DNA of 64,000 bases from Nitrospirota bacterium. GTDB lineage: Bacteria; Nitrospirota; UBA9217. The notes under the pieces were generated by a model. The model was given only the letters and a program-made list of their open reading frames with translations, was not told where the DNA came from and ran no database searches. Every line of letters starts with the position of its first letter. The first letter of the stretch is position 1. The stretch lies in assembly GCA_963845065.1 (NCBI GenBank), contig CAWJQQ010000005.1:64001-128000 (forward strand). The letters are read 5' to 3'. Positions 1 through 10,521 of the stretch are shown here, piece after piece. The position numbers were made by a program, and so were the translations under genes.

Positions 1-104
1 TTGTCAATGTTCTAATTGCGGAATATATTATGGTAGGAGGAAAAAACGGATTTCAAAGACACCATTCATATAAAACCCGACAAAAAGCAGGCGCCTTGCT
101 ATGC

Positions 105-371
105 TTACGCAGTTTGCTCATACAGCTTACAATAACTTTTCCGCCCGGTATTATATATTGGCGATATAGTGAAAAACGACTTTGCCGCAGATGCAATTTT
201 CGATGGAGCTGCAGATTTATTTGTGGCATTTTCGGTCGTCTTGTTCTTTGCCGAATATTTTTCAATTACCGAGGCCTTCTCTGGGGACGCCGGTGCTGTT
301 TCGCTCTCTGCCGCATACACCACGCCAAGGCCCAGAGCAAAGGTCGTTGCTATGTTAATAACGAAGATCAT
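105..371 (-). CDS. Small putative exported protein (possibly a fragment)
   Basis: Signal-peptide-like N-terminus (FALGLGVVYAAES) followed by an Ala/Lys/Ser-rich tail; no family recognised. Confidence 0.35.
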   Translation of the reverse strand: MIFVINIATTFALGLGVVYAAESETAPASPEKASVIEKYSAKNKTTENATNKSAAPSKIASAAKSFFTISPIYNTGRKSYCKLYEQTA

Positions 372-668
372 TTTTTATTTATTTTTCACCACGCTTTCTG
401 TTTTGCATTATTCACCGTCTTTCAGTTCATGTATTCTTTGAATGAGACACAGGCACTTGGAAAAAGTTTAATGTATTCAATAAATAAAATCGTTATATTG
501 TTGCGTTGGCGTATTCTCTCCGACTAGTTATCTGCTGTCAGGCCTGACAACTCACTATTTCTAGCAGGCTGTCCATCAATAGCCATCATCTTGATTTAAT
601 CATTAATGATTTGCACTTTCAATCTAACCAAAATAAAAAATTCCTAAGAATTGGGTGACAACGTTCAG

Positions 669-707
669 GACATCGTGGACAAAAATATTAGTCACGACAT
701 CGTGGAC
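669..707. repeat. Two 12-bp direct repeats GACATCGTGGAC, likely transposase-binding sites at an IS end
   Basis: Exact copies at 669-680 and 696-707, just beyond the 3' end of the DDE transposase. Confidence 0.6.
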
Positions 708-760
708 TCGCAACTTTGAAACTATTCTATCCAGCGATGCCGTAATGAGAATCTTCACAT

Positions 761-1339
761 TCATCGCAGTCGATATTTGTATTCCTCGACCTGGATCGTA
801 TCCAGGAAGAGTTTTAATGCTTGATCTTTGACATCGATAGTAGCCACAACGTATTCGTATTGGATCTCCGGTGGAGTCGGGAACATTTCACTAAAGATGT
901 TCAGCCGGCAGTCGCTTCGGATGAATCTGACGATATGATAGCAGCCTTCCTCCGGCTTATCCAAAGGGTGCCTTGGGGCATCACCCTGGACTGGAAAGAT
1001 CAATTTCTTTTCCATAGCGACCAATGCCTTGAGCGGGGTTTTCCCTTTAATCTTACTGTAGGGATAGGTGCTGTTGTGCCGGTGCTCGAAGGCTAAGGAT
1101 TTTTGCTGAAGCTGCGACATCGATGACATTACGACCTTGTTGAGAAACTTCTGTTCGTAATGGTCGTTGAACTTTTCGACGACTCCGTTCCACCAGGGCT
1201 CGGAAGGTGGAATGAACCAAAGATTGACCCCGTGGTGCAGGTAGAGACGAATAAGCGGTCCCATTTCTCGTGGGTGGGTTGGACTTCCATAAAAGGCCAT
1301 ATCGCTGTCCACTTGAAGATTCTCTGGCTCTAAAATCAT
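761..1339 (-). mobile_element. Integrase-core (DDE) transposase, IS481/ISNCY-like, 5'-truncated
   Basis: LQVDSD...FIPPSEPWWNGVVEKFN rve-type motif; no N-terminal HTH or first Asp region. Confidence 0.75.
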
Positions 1340-1801
1340 AAACTTACCCCTTAAAGCTCAGGACGAATTTGACGATAATATTGACATAGTGCGAAAAGGT
1401 ACTGACTGATTCGGCCTGTGGTGTATTCCACCAGAATAAAAAGATGTTTTTTAGACAGTTATGTGCTTGCGATAGATTATGATATTGATTTATAATTCCC
1501 AGCGCTCGAAGTGCTCGGCTATTAACCCCATGGCACAGAACGACTTATTTCGACACGGAATCTGGTGCATGGTTAAGATGTCTCGTCAGCTGACTTTCTG
1601 AAGATGCTTATCGTTTCATCTGCATATATTTAGTCATATTTCTTGCAGCAAGTAATTGTGACTTGAATCACTGCCGAGAATTCAGTAACCTTGTATGATT
1701 GGAAATACATAGATAAAAATATGCGAGCTGTTTCTGTAGACGTTACCTGAAACAAGTCTGCTTCGCTTTTTAACTGAACAATCCAGGAGTTATAAAAAAT
1801 T

Positions 1802-2323
1802 ATGATGACAAGAAGGAGCTTTTTAAAGATTACGATGCTTGTGATCGTGTCCGGCTATGGCGGGAAGGTCTACGGGCTTGATAAAAAAGAAAGAGTTCTT
1901 AATCTTTATAACATTCATACTGGCGAACGACTTAATGTAAAATATTATTCGTCGGGTAGCTATGATAATAATGCCATGAATGAGATCAATCATCTCATGC
2001 GGTGTCATTTTACCAATGAAGTAAAACCTATCCATGTCAAAGTTATTGACCTTCTCTGTGATATCAAGGACGCTATCGGAAAAGATAAGGAGATGCTTAT
2101 CATTTCAGGATACCGCTCGCATGCGTATAACGAATATCTGCGAAAGATCGGGAGAGGAGTGGTTTGTAACAGTCTTCACATCCAGGGTCGTGCAATAGAT
2201 TTCCGCGTCCCCCGAGTCGATAACCGAATACTTACTACTGTTGCAAAATCCTTTTATGCGGGTGGTGTCGGTACATATCCCGACTTCGTCCATATTGATG
2301 ATGGACGTGTGCGATACTGGTAA
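1802..2323 (+). CDS. YcbK/DUF882 (peptidase M15) Tat-exported peptidoglycan endopeptidase
   Basis: TRRSFLK Tat signal; LYNIHTGE, IISGYRS, SLHIQGRAID, FVHIDDG..RYW motifs; AGGAG RBS. Confidence 0.9.
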   Translation: MMTRRSFLKITMLVIVSGYGGKVYGLDKKERVLNLYNIHTGERLNVKYYSSGSYDNNAMNEINHLMRCHFTNEVKPIHVKVIDLLCDIKDAIGKDKEMLIISGYRSHAYNEYLRKIGRGVVCNSLHIQGRAIDFRVPRVDNRILTTVAKSFYAGGVGTYPDFVHIDDGRVRYW

Positions 2324-2753
2324 AGCCTTCAATCGCGATCATTTCGAATTCGTTGTTTGAATCTGAGTCATATTTTTTCAGAATACGATAGCCCCCCTCT
2401 TCGGCTATTGGCTCATGGTCGTTAATCAGGATTTTGGGACCGTTTGTCACATCGTGCACTCCTCCACCATCGGCAGGCGATGGGTATGTGACCCATTCCA
2501 AAAGTTTACGAGCATCTTCTAGTGAAGAGTCTTCAGGATAGTTGTAATAATACTGCTGCATATCCTTATCGTATAGTCCTATGCAGCCGTGAGCTGCGGC
2601 TTACCTGGGCAGATCTAGGCTGTGAATCCATTAGGAAACCCCTCAACTGCCAGGGCGCAGTTGCCCAGTATTTGACGCTATAAAACTTAACGATCGCCAG
2701 ATGGCTTCGTGAAGATGAGAGTGCCTGAAGAAAAATCTGCGACAATGCCATTC

Positions 2754-3326
2754 TTACTTGATCTTCTTCAGCTGTTGTAGTTGCTCAGTAGCAGTTTCGA
2801 AGGCGTTTTTTATGTTCTTATTGTCTGGATCGAAGATAAGTGCCTTTTTCCAGGTCGCAATTGCTTCTTCGAGCCTTTCCTCGCGGTATTGCGTGAGGCC
2901 ACTCGCCATAAGATCCTTGGAGCAAGCCTTGATCTGTCTGTTGAGGTAATCGTCATCGAACGACAGTGTTCCAGCGAAATCCCGCGTTGCAATGCTGCTT
3001 TCCAACAGGATGCTGTAATCAATCCCCGCTTTCGCAACCTCTCCACTCTGATAAGCTGTGTCTGCGATACTTTTGATCTGTTCACCCAGTTTTTTATAAC
3101 CGCGACGAAGTCCCGGTGAATGATGATATTTATCAAAGGCATTGGAATATAATTCAAGGGCACGCTTAAATCTGCCGAGTGCAAATTGTGCTTGGGCCTG
3201 TTTTGCCGTTTCGGCGATGAAGCTTGCCTCTGGTGCCGTTTCGGGTCCCTTGAAATGTGGCGAGCACGCCACCACAGCGAGAGTGACAAAGCAGAACGCA
3301 AAATACGGTGATCTGAATGAGTGCAT
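2754..3326 (-). CDS. TPR-repeat lipoprotein
   Basis: Lipobox-like VVAC; TPR-like helices (EEAIATWKKALIFDPDN); directly downstream of the HD-GYP gene. Confidence 0.75.
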   Translation of the reverse strand: MHSFRSPYFAFCFVTLAVVACSPHFKGPETAPEASFIAETAKQAQAQFALGRFKRALELYSNAFDKYHHSPGLRRGYKKLGEQIKSIADTAYQSGEVAKAGIDYSILLESSIATRDFAGTLSFDDDYLNRQIKACSKDLMASGLTQYREERLEEAIATWKKALIFDPDNKNIKNAFETATEQLQQLKKIK

Positions 3327-3329
3327 ATT

Positions 3330-4739
3330 TTACTTTCCGCTGAAAACTTGATCTTTAATGGAGTAACGGGAATCGATTACGCGGCAGAAAATCTCGACAA
3401 TGCGGGGATCAAACTGTTTACCGGCATACCGGTACAGCTCGCGAAGGGCTTCTTCTGGTGAGCGCGGGATTTTATAGGGCCGCGAGGAAGTCATGGCATC
3501 ATAGGCATCAGCGACGGTAATGATCGCTGCATGAAGAGGAATATCCTTTGCCCGCAGCCCGTCGGGATATCCCTCCCCATTGTACCATTCGTGATGGTGT
3601 CTTACCGCGGGTATATATTTCTGGAGGGATTTCGCTCGGCTCAGAATAGCCGCGCCGTGTTCGCTGTGCTCCGACATCTCGCGATGCTCCAGCGGGTTAA
3701 GCGATCCTTCTTTTAGCAGAACATAGTCTGGAGTCTTCAGCTTTCCAACATCGTGAAAAAGACTTGCAACCTCAAGATCTTCGATCTCACGGCGTGGAAG
3801 ACCGAGTTCCTCCCCTATCTTTACCGACAATTGCGAAACCCTTGTCGAATGACCGAGGGTATAGGGATCACGGGCATCAATTGCTGCAGCGAGCACCTTC
3901 ACCGTTGAAACATAGGCATCCTCTAGCTCTTGGGCAGATATGCTGAGTTCGGTCTGCTGTCTGGTGATCATCTCGGCCATGTGGTTGAAACTTTCCGTCA
4001 AACTGCCGAGCTCATCATGAGCATATATTCTTAGTTTCGACTTCCTCCCTCGTTTCAGTTCGTTGACACCTAGGGATAGTTCCTTGATCGGCCGCGTTAT
4101 GAGAGAAGATAATACGATGATGCACCCGATACCGAGAAACAAGGTAATGCCGAGCCCAGCTATAATCCTTTTTCGGGTTTCAGCCTGGGCATGAACTAAA
4201 ACTGACGTGTTGATTCCGAGGATGACATTGCCGATTTGCCTATTGTTAAAGGAGATTGGACTATATACTTGGAACAAATTGACTGACGGGGCATTTAATT
4301 CATATACCCATGTATTATCCACTATCTCCCTTAGTGTGCTAGTATTCGATGCAAGGTGAAATAACGTGTCCCGCTTGGCTACATCAGTATGCGCAAGTAC
4401 TTTCATGTTTGTGTCTGTGATAGCCACATACTCCACATCGGGATTTGCTTCCCGCACCTTCGAGACAATATTATCTATGCCCAGCACATCATTGGCAAGC
4501 ATACTGTAAGATGCTAATGCCGCCGTGCTTTTGCACAGCGATTCAGCCCTTTTAATGACCTCTTCCATGATATTCCGGTTCATTGTCTGTAGGGTAAGAA
4601 TGGAAAAAATAGAAGCCGTTAGCAGGAGCAGAACAACGATAAAGACTGAAATTTTGAATCGTAGTGAAGTGAAGAGGGGGGGCATTATCGCCATCACCTT
4701 TCCCATTTTATTTTTTATATAAGCGCGAAATATCCGCAT
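3330..4739 (-). CDS. Membrane HAMP + HD-GYP c-di-GMP phosphodiesterase
   Basis: Two TM segments, HAMP (ITRPIKEL...DELGSLTESFN), YTLGHSTRV, FHDVGK, HHEWYNGEGYP. Confidence 0.92.
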   Translation of the reverse strand: MRIFRAYIKNKMGKVMAIMPPLFTSLRFKISVFIVVLLLLTASIFSILTLQTMNRNIMEEVIKRAESLCKSTAALASYSMLANDVLGIDNIVSKVREANPDVEYVAITDTNMKVLAHTDVAKRDTLFHLASNTSTLREIVDNTWVYELNAPSVNLFQVYSPISFNNRQIGNVILGINTSVLVHAQAETRKRIIAGLGITLFLGIGCIIVLSSLITRPIKELSLGVNELKRGRKSKLRIYAHDELGSLTESFNHMAEMITRQQTELSISAQELEDAYVSTVKVLAAAIDARDPYTLGHSTRVSQLSVKIGEELGLPRREIEDLEVASLFHDVGKLKTPDYVLLKEGSLNPLEHREMSEHSEHGAAILSRAKSLQKYIPAVRHHHEWYNGEGYPDGLRAKDIPLHAAIITVADAYDAMTSSRPYKIPRSPEEALRELYRYAGKQFDPRIVEIFCRVIDSRYSIKDQVFSGK

Positions 4740-4949
4740 ATTTTAATATCATAGTATCGTTCGTTAGTCAATTTACTTCTAATCATTTTACAACTAAAGT
4801 AGTATAAATATCAAGGAAAACGTTCGTTAATTTGTACTCAAATCTAAATAACCGCGCGATAAATATCCATGAGTAAAACCATGACAAATCACGTTCAACA
4901 ACTAGTCTAGTAAGGAGGAAAATGAGTTATGCTGACAGAAGAACGGACG

Positions 4950-5774
4950 TCATTGAATTAAAGTAGGATAAAGCTTAGATGCAATGGTGACCATGACTAC
5001 ATAGATCAACCCCAAGACGACAACATCGAACACGAACCCATTCACACTGTGACCACCCTGAATCATGAGTCCTCGTAATATATCCACCAAATAGGTAAGT
5101 GGGTTAATTCTCGCAAATACCAGTAACCACTTAGGCATGAGCTCGAGCGGGTATATAGCGTTGCTTGCGAAAAAAAGAGGCATTGTGAGCACTTGACCTA
5201 TTCCCATGAACCGTTCACGAGTCTTCACGATACAGGCCATAATAAGTGAAAAAGTCGAAAAGATCGCTGATCCGAGCACAACGGCAAAAAGCACGCCCAG
5301 AATCGCTAGCGGACTCAAGTTGGTTTCAATCCGCATGAGATAAGCAATTACGTAGATGATAAGCGCTTGGACCAATCCTCGAAATCCTGCGGAGATCGCC
5401 TTTCCAAATACCAGAGCGCCTCGATAGGCTGGACTTACCAGAAGCTTATGAACAATTCCTAAATCCCGCTCCCAAATGACAGCAATCCCGTAAAAGATTG
5501 CGCTGAATAATACGCTCTGCGCCAAGATTCCCGGACACATGAAGGCCAAGTAACTGATGTTACCGGTAGGAATCCCCCGGACTCGACTGAAAACCTGTCC
5601 GAAAACTACTAACCAGAGGATAGGCTGAACTGCCCGGGAAAAGAGTTCGGTGGGATCACGGAGAAGCTTTTTCAGTTCGGATTCTCCTATCGCAATACTC
5701 TGTCCTATGAAATCTACGAGAGAAAAGGAATCAGCCGAGCCGGGTGACTGTGCTCCGTGTTTGCCGAATGTCAC
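4950..5774 (-). CDS. ABC-2 type exporter permease (DrrB-like)
   Basis: ABC-2 motifs (PGILAQSVLF, WERDLG, NPLTYLVD); likely GTG start at 5774 after GAAGGGGG. Confidence 0.9.
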   Translation of the reverse strand: MTFGKHGAQSPGSADSFSLVDFIGQSIAIGESELKKLLRDPTELFSRAVQPILWLVVFGQVFSRVRGIPTGNISYLAFMCPGILAQSVLFSAIFYGIAVIWERDLGIVHKLLVSPAYRGALVFGKAISAGFRGLVQALIIYVIAYLMRIETNLSPLAILGVLFAVVLGSAIFSTFSLIMACIVKTRERFMGIGQVLTMPLFFASNAIYPLELMPKWLLVFARINPLTYLVDILRGLMIQGGHSVNGFVFDVVVLGLIYVVMVTIASKLYPTLIQ

Positions 5775-6588
5775 GATAGTTTCCCCCTTCAGTAATCTGG
5801 ACTCCACAGCATTGAGCAAAAACATCTTCAAGTGTGGCCGTGGGGCTGACCGTCATTTTTAAGTCATTAGGTCGACCAATGATGGCGACCTTGCCTTCAT
5901 GCAAAATAGCAAGCTCATCGCAGAGCTGGTCTGCCTCTTCCATATCGTGCGTAGTTATGAGAACTGTCATGTTGTAATCTCGTTTCAAATCCAGCAATCG
6001 GTCCCATACAATTCTCTTCGCCATCGGGTCGAGCCCGATAGTCGGCTCATCAAGGAAGAGAACGGTGGGGTGGTGGAGCATCGCTTGGGCAAGTTCCAGT
6101 CTTCTTATCATTCCGCCCGAATATGTCTTGACGAGTTTTTTTGCAGAGTTTTCTAGTCCCATAAATTTCAAAGCTTCGGAGATACGGGTGGCTCTCTCTA
6201 ATCTGGGCATACGATAGAGTTTGGCGGAGAGCATTAAATTCTCACTTCCTGTTAACGCGCCATCTGCGGAAAGCATTTGAGGAATATATCCAATTCGTCT
6301 TCTTACTTGAGCTGGCTCGTTGCCAACATCGAATCCAGCTACGGTTGCCGTTCCGGAAGACGGATCAAGGATGGTTGTAAGCATTTTAATCGTGGTACTT
6401 TTCCCCGCACCGTTAGGGCCAAGGAGGCCGAATATTTTGCCATACTTAACCCGGAGGTTGATATGATCGACTGCAGTTTGCTGACTGAACTTTCGTGTCA
6501 GGTTCATTGCCTGAATAGCAAGGTCCTCTGTGAAACCCGATTTATCCTCTTGCTGCGGATCTTTCATTTTGCTTTTATCATGTTCCAT
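5731..6588 (-). CDS. ABC exporter ATP-binding subunit (DrrA-like)
   Basis: Walker A GPNGAGKST, signature YSGGM, Walker B LFLDEPT, H-loop TTHDMEEA. Confidence 0.95.
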   Translation of the reverse strand: MEHDKSKMKDPQQEDKSGFTEDLAIQAMNLTRKFSQQTAVDHINLRVKYGKIFGLLGPNGAGKSTTIKMLTTILDPSSGTATVAGFDVGNEPAQVRRRIGYIPQMLSADGALTGSENLMLSAKLYRMPRLERATRISEALKFMGLENSAKKLVKTYSGGMIRRLELAQAMLHHPTVLFLDEPTIGLDPMAKRIVWDRLLDLKRDYNMTVLITTHDMEEADQLCDELAILHEGKVAIIGRPNDLKMTVSPTATLEDVFAQCCGVQITEGGNYRDIRQTRSTVTRLG

Positions 6589-6613
6589 GAATCCCTTTCC
6601 TGACTTGAGGAAT

Positions 6614-7546
6614 TTACCTTCCGGAGTGAACTATAATCACTGGAACTGGCGAGTTCAAGATCGTTTCCCGGGCTGTACTACCTAGAAAGGCTTCCAACAA
6701 CATATTCCTGCCATGCGTCCCCATTATTACGAACGAATAACCGTGGTCTCCCTCCCGACAAACCGCACAGGAGGCCACGACATCCTTTTCTTCGATTTTG
6801 TAATCACACAGAACTCCACGACTTTCAAAGAAACGGACCTTTTGTTTCATCGATTGACAGGAACTATCCTGAAGCTGGGATAGAATTTCATCTAGATTGA
6901 GCGGTATCCATCCGGAGACCGTACTGCTTGCACGTATGATGGCTCTGTAACTATCCCCCAGGCAATAAAACAGAAAGACTCTTGCACCGATGCGCTTTGC
7001 TAGAGAAAGCGCATATAGCTCAGCTGCGCGGCTGTTTTTACCTAGATCGGTCGTCACTAGAATATTTACCTGTTTTCGTGGGTCTAAATCTTGAACTTTT
7101 GTTTGAGCGATGGGGCCGGTCACCATCACGGGCCGTCGCGAGTGACGGATCACTTCTTCAGCGACGCTTCCTATTATCATGCGTTCCATTCCTGTCCGTC
7201 CGTGGGTACCCATAACGATAAGCTCCGGAGCATGCTTTGCTCGCAGAGCCGCTAGAATCAGTTCCGGTGGAGAACCACATTTTAAGAAAGTTCGGACAGG
7301 TACAGTAAATCGACTGCTGATTTCCTCAAGTTTTTTCTGATGCTGGGAGTGCCACGCCTGGAGGCGGGAGACATCAAATCTCTCACAGGAAGACGTTCTT
7401 ATGTCTTCTACGTACAGTAGGTCGATGCTGGTTTTTAGTTGCTGCGCCAGAAAAGATGCGACACCGTGTATTGCCTGCGAACGTCTTTTGCCTGAATCGG
7501 TCTGATTCTCGATATCATCAACTACTAAGACTGGGTGTTGCAGCAT
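6614..7546 (-). CDS. Tandem-domain universal stress protein
   Basis: Two USP motifs: VMGTHGRTG...GSVAEEV and IMGTHGR...GSTARE. Confidence 0.9.
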   Translation of the reverse strand: MLQHPVLVVDDIENQTDSGKRRSQAIHGVASFLAQQLKTSIDLLYVEDIRTSSCERFDVSRLQAWHSQHQKKLEEISSRFTVPVRTFLKCGSPPELILAALRAKHAPELIVMGTHGRTGMERMIIGSVAEEVIRHSRRPVMVTGPIAQTKVQDLDPRKQVNILVTTDLGKNSRAAELYALSLAKRIGARVFLFYCLGDSYRAIIRASSTVSGWIPLNLDEILSQLQDSSCQSMKQKVRFFESRGVLCDYKIEEKDVVASCAVCREGDHGYSFVIMGTHGRNMLLEAFLGSTARETILNSPVPVIIVHSGR

Positions 7547-8420
7547 CCTTCGCTCCTCTTATAGTGTATCAATGGTGTGCTGCAAGTCGCGAATATGACT
7601 AAATACCGTTAACGTTGACTTATAGACAGCAGAAAATGGTCTGTTAGGTTAATGAAGCATAACATATGAGCAGTGAATTATCAAGCTGGCGTGATTGACT
7701 TGGCATTGCACAATCTCCCTCCGCTGACTTGAAATTTTAACGGCGTTACGCGGATGATGATGCGAAAAAATTTAAAAACGATCGGGATTGTGAAGCAAGA
7801 TGTGAGCGCGTGATATTTTTTGGAGATAAATGTGAAGGGATTGCAAAAAAAATCTTCGGTGTGTGAAGAGCGCCGTCGCAAAGCGTCTTAGTTCAATTAA
7901 ATTATATGTGAAGCTTCACATAACCTACACGTGTGTAATTGCAGATAGTTGAATTTGTCACAAAACTTTCTTATACTACATACATGCAGGTTGAAAAGCT
8001 ACTGTCATCGAAGCAGAACCAGATCTTGCAGCACCTCGTTGCTTTCCTGGGTAATGAAAATATGAAGAAAAACGGATTAAATAATGTTAAGTTGCACTAC
8101 ACTCTATCCCACCTGATGAGGATGAAGCTAAATAATGGTTTCTCCATCACTGGGGGTACTATGGCGTTAATAAAACATGCAAAACAATGTGTTTAAATGT
8201 TCTTACCAAATGGGGAAGGCAGAGTGCTGTTGATAACAACTGTTTTTAAAATGATGCAGACGTCGAAGAAACAACTCGTTGGTAATCGATGCCAATGACG
8301 GAACCGTAATTGGTTCTAATAATCGCCCTAAGTGAACTTGCAGAAAAGCTGCTTTTCTATGGCTATTATTGAGATAGATGTTGAGATTGCAATTTCGCCG
8401 AAGGTAGTGTATATATCGCT

Positions 8421-9356
8421 ATGCGCCCTGTCTTGAGGCCCTCTGATTTGCTGACGCTTTCTTTTCTTGTCCTGTTTTCCGGCCTTGCGGTATTTTCCGC
8501 GCGTATGAACCCTTCGTGGGCTGGACTTCTTGCTGCGTACACGGTGCTGGCAGTTGTGATCGTGGCGGTTGCAATGTACCGCACTAGAGTGAACTCGGCA
8601 AAGAAGGGTTTCTACCTTTCTATTATCGTCACGGTGATCACGGTTCTCTCTATTTTTAATAGTCTGGGGTCTCTCATCGCCGGCATTCATACAACAAAAT
8701 TCGACGCTAGCCTCATCGCCATCGATCATACGCTCTTCGGCGTTCACCCAACGGTGTGGATGGAACGGCTGATCAGCCCGACTCTTACGGCCCTTCTCCA
8801 GTTCGCCTACATCAGTTATTATTTTATCCCCCTCTCACTCGGCTTTGTGCTCATTGCTAGTGGCAGGTTCGAGGAATTCGAAGATGCCCTGTTCGGTATC
8901 CTGCTCTGCTTCTATCTTTCCTATGTCGGCTACCTGCTCGTTCCCGCAATCGGGCCGCGTTTTACGCTCAGCCATTTCCAAACCCGGGGCCTGCAAGTTT
9001 CCCCGTTCATCGAAAAGATTCAGGATGTCCTGAACAGTCTTGAAAAAAATAAGACCGATGCCTTTCCGAGCGGCCACACAGCCATCTCGCTCATAAGCCT
9101 ATATTATGCATGGAGAAATAGGGAGAAAAGACTTTTTGCGGTCTTGATCCCAGTGGTAACAGGACTGCTCATCTCGACAGTATATCTCCGGTATCATTAC
9201 GTTATCGATGTCATCGCGGGTATCGCCCTCACGATCCTGACTATTTATCTAGCGCCGATACTGTTCTCGGCACTCTCAGGCGTATCCCGGAAGATGAGCG
9301 GTGGATATAGCAGGCCAGCTGATGCATTCGGTAAGAATGATAAACGCATACGATAG
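8421..9356 (+). CDS. PAP2 superfamily membrane protein, AUR1/IPC-synthase-like subgroup
   Basis: Multiple TM helices; YLLVPAIGPR, AFPSGH and YLRYHYVIDV motifs. Confidence 0.85.
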   Translation: MRPVLRPSDLLTLSFLVLFSGLAVFSARMNPSWAGLLAAYTVLAVVIVAVAMYRTRVNSAKKGFYLSIIVTVITVLSIFNSLGSLIAGIHTTKFDASLIAIDHTLFGVHPTVWMERLISPTLTALLQFAYISYYFIPLSLGFVLIASGRFEEFEDALFGILLCFYLSYVGYLLVPAIGPRFTLSHFQTRGLQVSPFIEKIQDVLNSLEKNKTDAFPSGHTAISLISLYYAWRNREKRLFAVLIPVVTGLLISTVYLRYHYVIDVIAGIALTILTIYLAPILFSALSGVSRKMSGGYSRPADAFGKNDKRIR

Positions 9357-9389
9357 AAGTTCGTGCGTCTTCGTGGAGGCGTACAAACG

Positions 9390-10502
9390 TCAAATGCCTT
9401 TCTCATATATGCGGTACTTCTTGTACAGTTTCCCACTCATGAGTTCACAGCCGCGCTTCATCAGAGCGTTGTCCTCAAGAATCCACGACATCTCTGCCCG
9501 CTCGTAGCCTTTCTTCACGGCGGCCTTGAAAGATTCAAGATAGAGCATGCCCTCAATGCCCTTTTTCCGGTACTCCTCTTTGACCCCCATGGTCAAGACA
9601 CGGATGTCGCTGATTTTCCGGGAATACCACAGGAATTTTGCGATTCCCATGGGTCCGAGCCTGCCGTTGATCTTTCCCAGGACTTGGTTGTAATCAGGAA
9701 CAGCCATGAAGAATGCGGCTGGTTTCCCGTTCACCTCTGCCATAATCAGCAGTTCCGGCACAATGAGAGGTTTGAGCCTTTTTGCCATAGACTCTATCTC
9801 CTCATCGGTCATGGGTACAAAACCCCAGTTGTGGCTCCAGGCTGAGTTATAGATATCCTTTACAGCCTCCAGCTCCCGCTGGAACTGCTTCATATTCGCC
9901 ATCCGCACGGTGAGTCCCGTGACCCGCGCTTTTACGGCCGAAGCGAGCTTCTCGAGCCTTCCGCCTGCCGCTACGTCCCTAATAATAGATATGTAGGCGT
10001 AGAGATCCTTAGCCTTGGTTAGGCCGCAACGCTCCATGTAGTCGAGGTAATACGGCGGCGTGTACGTCATCATTATTTTGGGAGGAGAATCGAACCCTTC
10101 AAGAAGAAACCCGCACTCGTCGTTAGTCGACGGGTTCATGGGTCCGCGCATGATCGAGATATCTCGCTTCTTGAGCCATCCCGATGCTGCGTCGAGAAGG
10201 CCTTGCGCGACTCCAACGTCGGGCAGGCATTCGAAATAGCCGAAGAATCCTGCCTGTTCGTTGTGAATTTTAATGTGATTGCGGTCGATAATCGCTGCAA
10301 TCCTGCCGACCGTTTCTCTGTTTTTACGAGCAAGGAAATAGCCAGCTTCGGCGTGTTGGAAAAAAGGGTTTTTTGCGCTCAAGACGAATTTTACCTCGCT
10401 CACGAGAGGCGGTACCCAGTTGGGGTTCCCGTGGTACACTTTCCACGGAAACTGGATGAATTCCTTCATGTCGCCCCTACTGTTGATCTGTTCGATATTC
10501 AA
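9390..10502 (-). CDS. cerS: GNAT-family N-acyltransferase, bacterial ceramide synthase (bCerS)-like
   Basis: FPWKVY..NPNWVPPL, GRIAA, GFFGYFEC, RGPMNPSTNDECG.L.EGF, YTPPYY; directly downstream of the spt-like gene; TTG start with AGGAGGGAGG RBS. Confidence 0.8.
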   Translation of the reverse strand: MNIEQINSRGDMKEFIQFPWKVYHGNPNWVPPLVSEVKFVLSAKNPFFQHAEAGYFLARKNRETVGRIAAIIDRNHIKIHNEQAGFFGYFECLPDVGVAQGLLDAASGWLKKRDISIMRGPMNPSTNDECGFLLEGFDSPPKIMMTYTPPYYLDYMERCGLTKAKDLYAYISIIRDVAAGGRLEKLASAVKARVTGLTVRMANMKQFQRELEAVKDIYNSAWSHNWGFVPMTDEEIESMAKRLKPLIVPELLIMAEVNGKPAAFFMAVPDYNQVLGKINGRLGPMGIAKFLWYSRKISDIRVLTMGVKEEYRKKGIEGMLYLESFKAAVKKGYERAEMSWILEDNALMKRGCELMSGKLYKKYRIYEKGI

Positions 10503-10521
10503 CCTCCCTCCTTCTTGTCGG

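Noticed and set aside
2235..2751. Two short minus-strand ORFs after the TPR lipoprotein
   Set aside because: No recognisable family and one overlaps ycbK; possibly a decayed gene, but unsupported.
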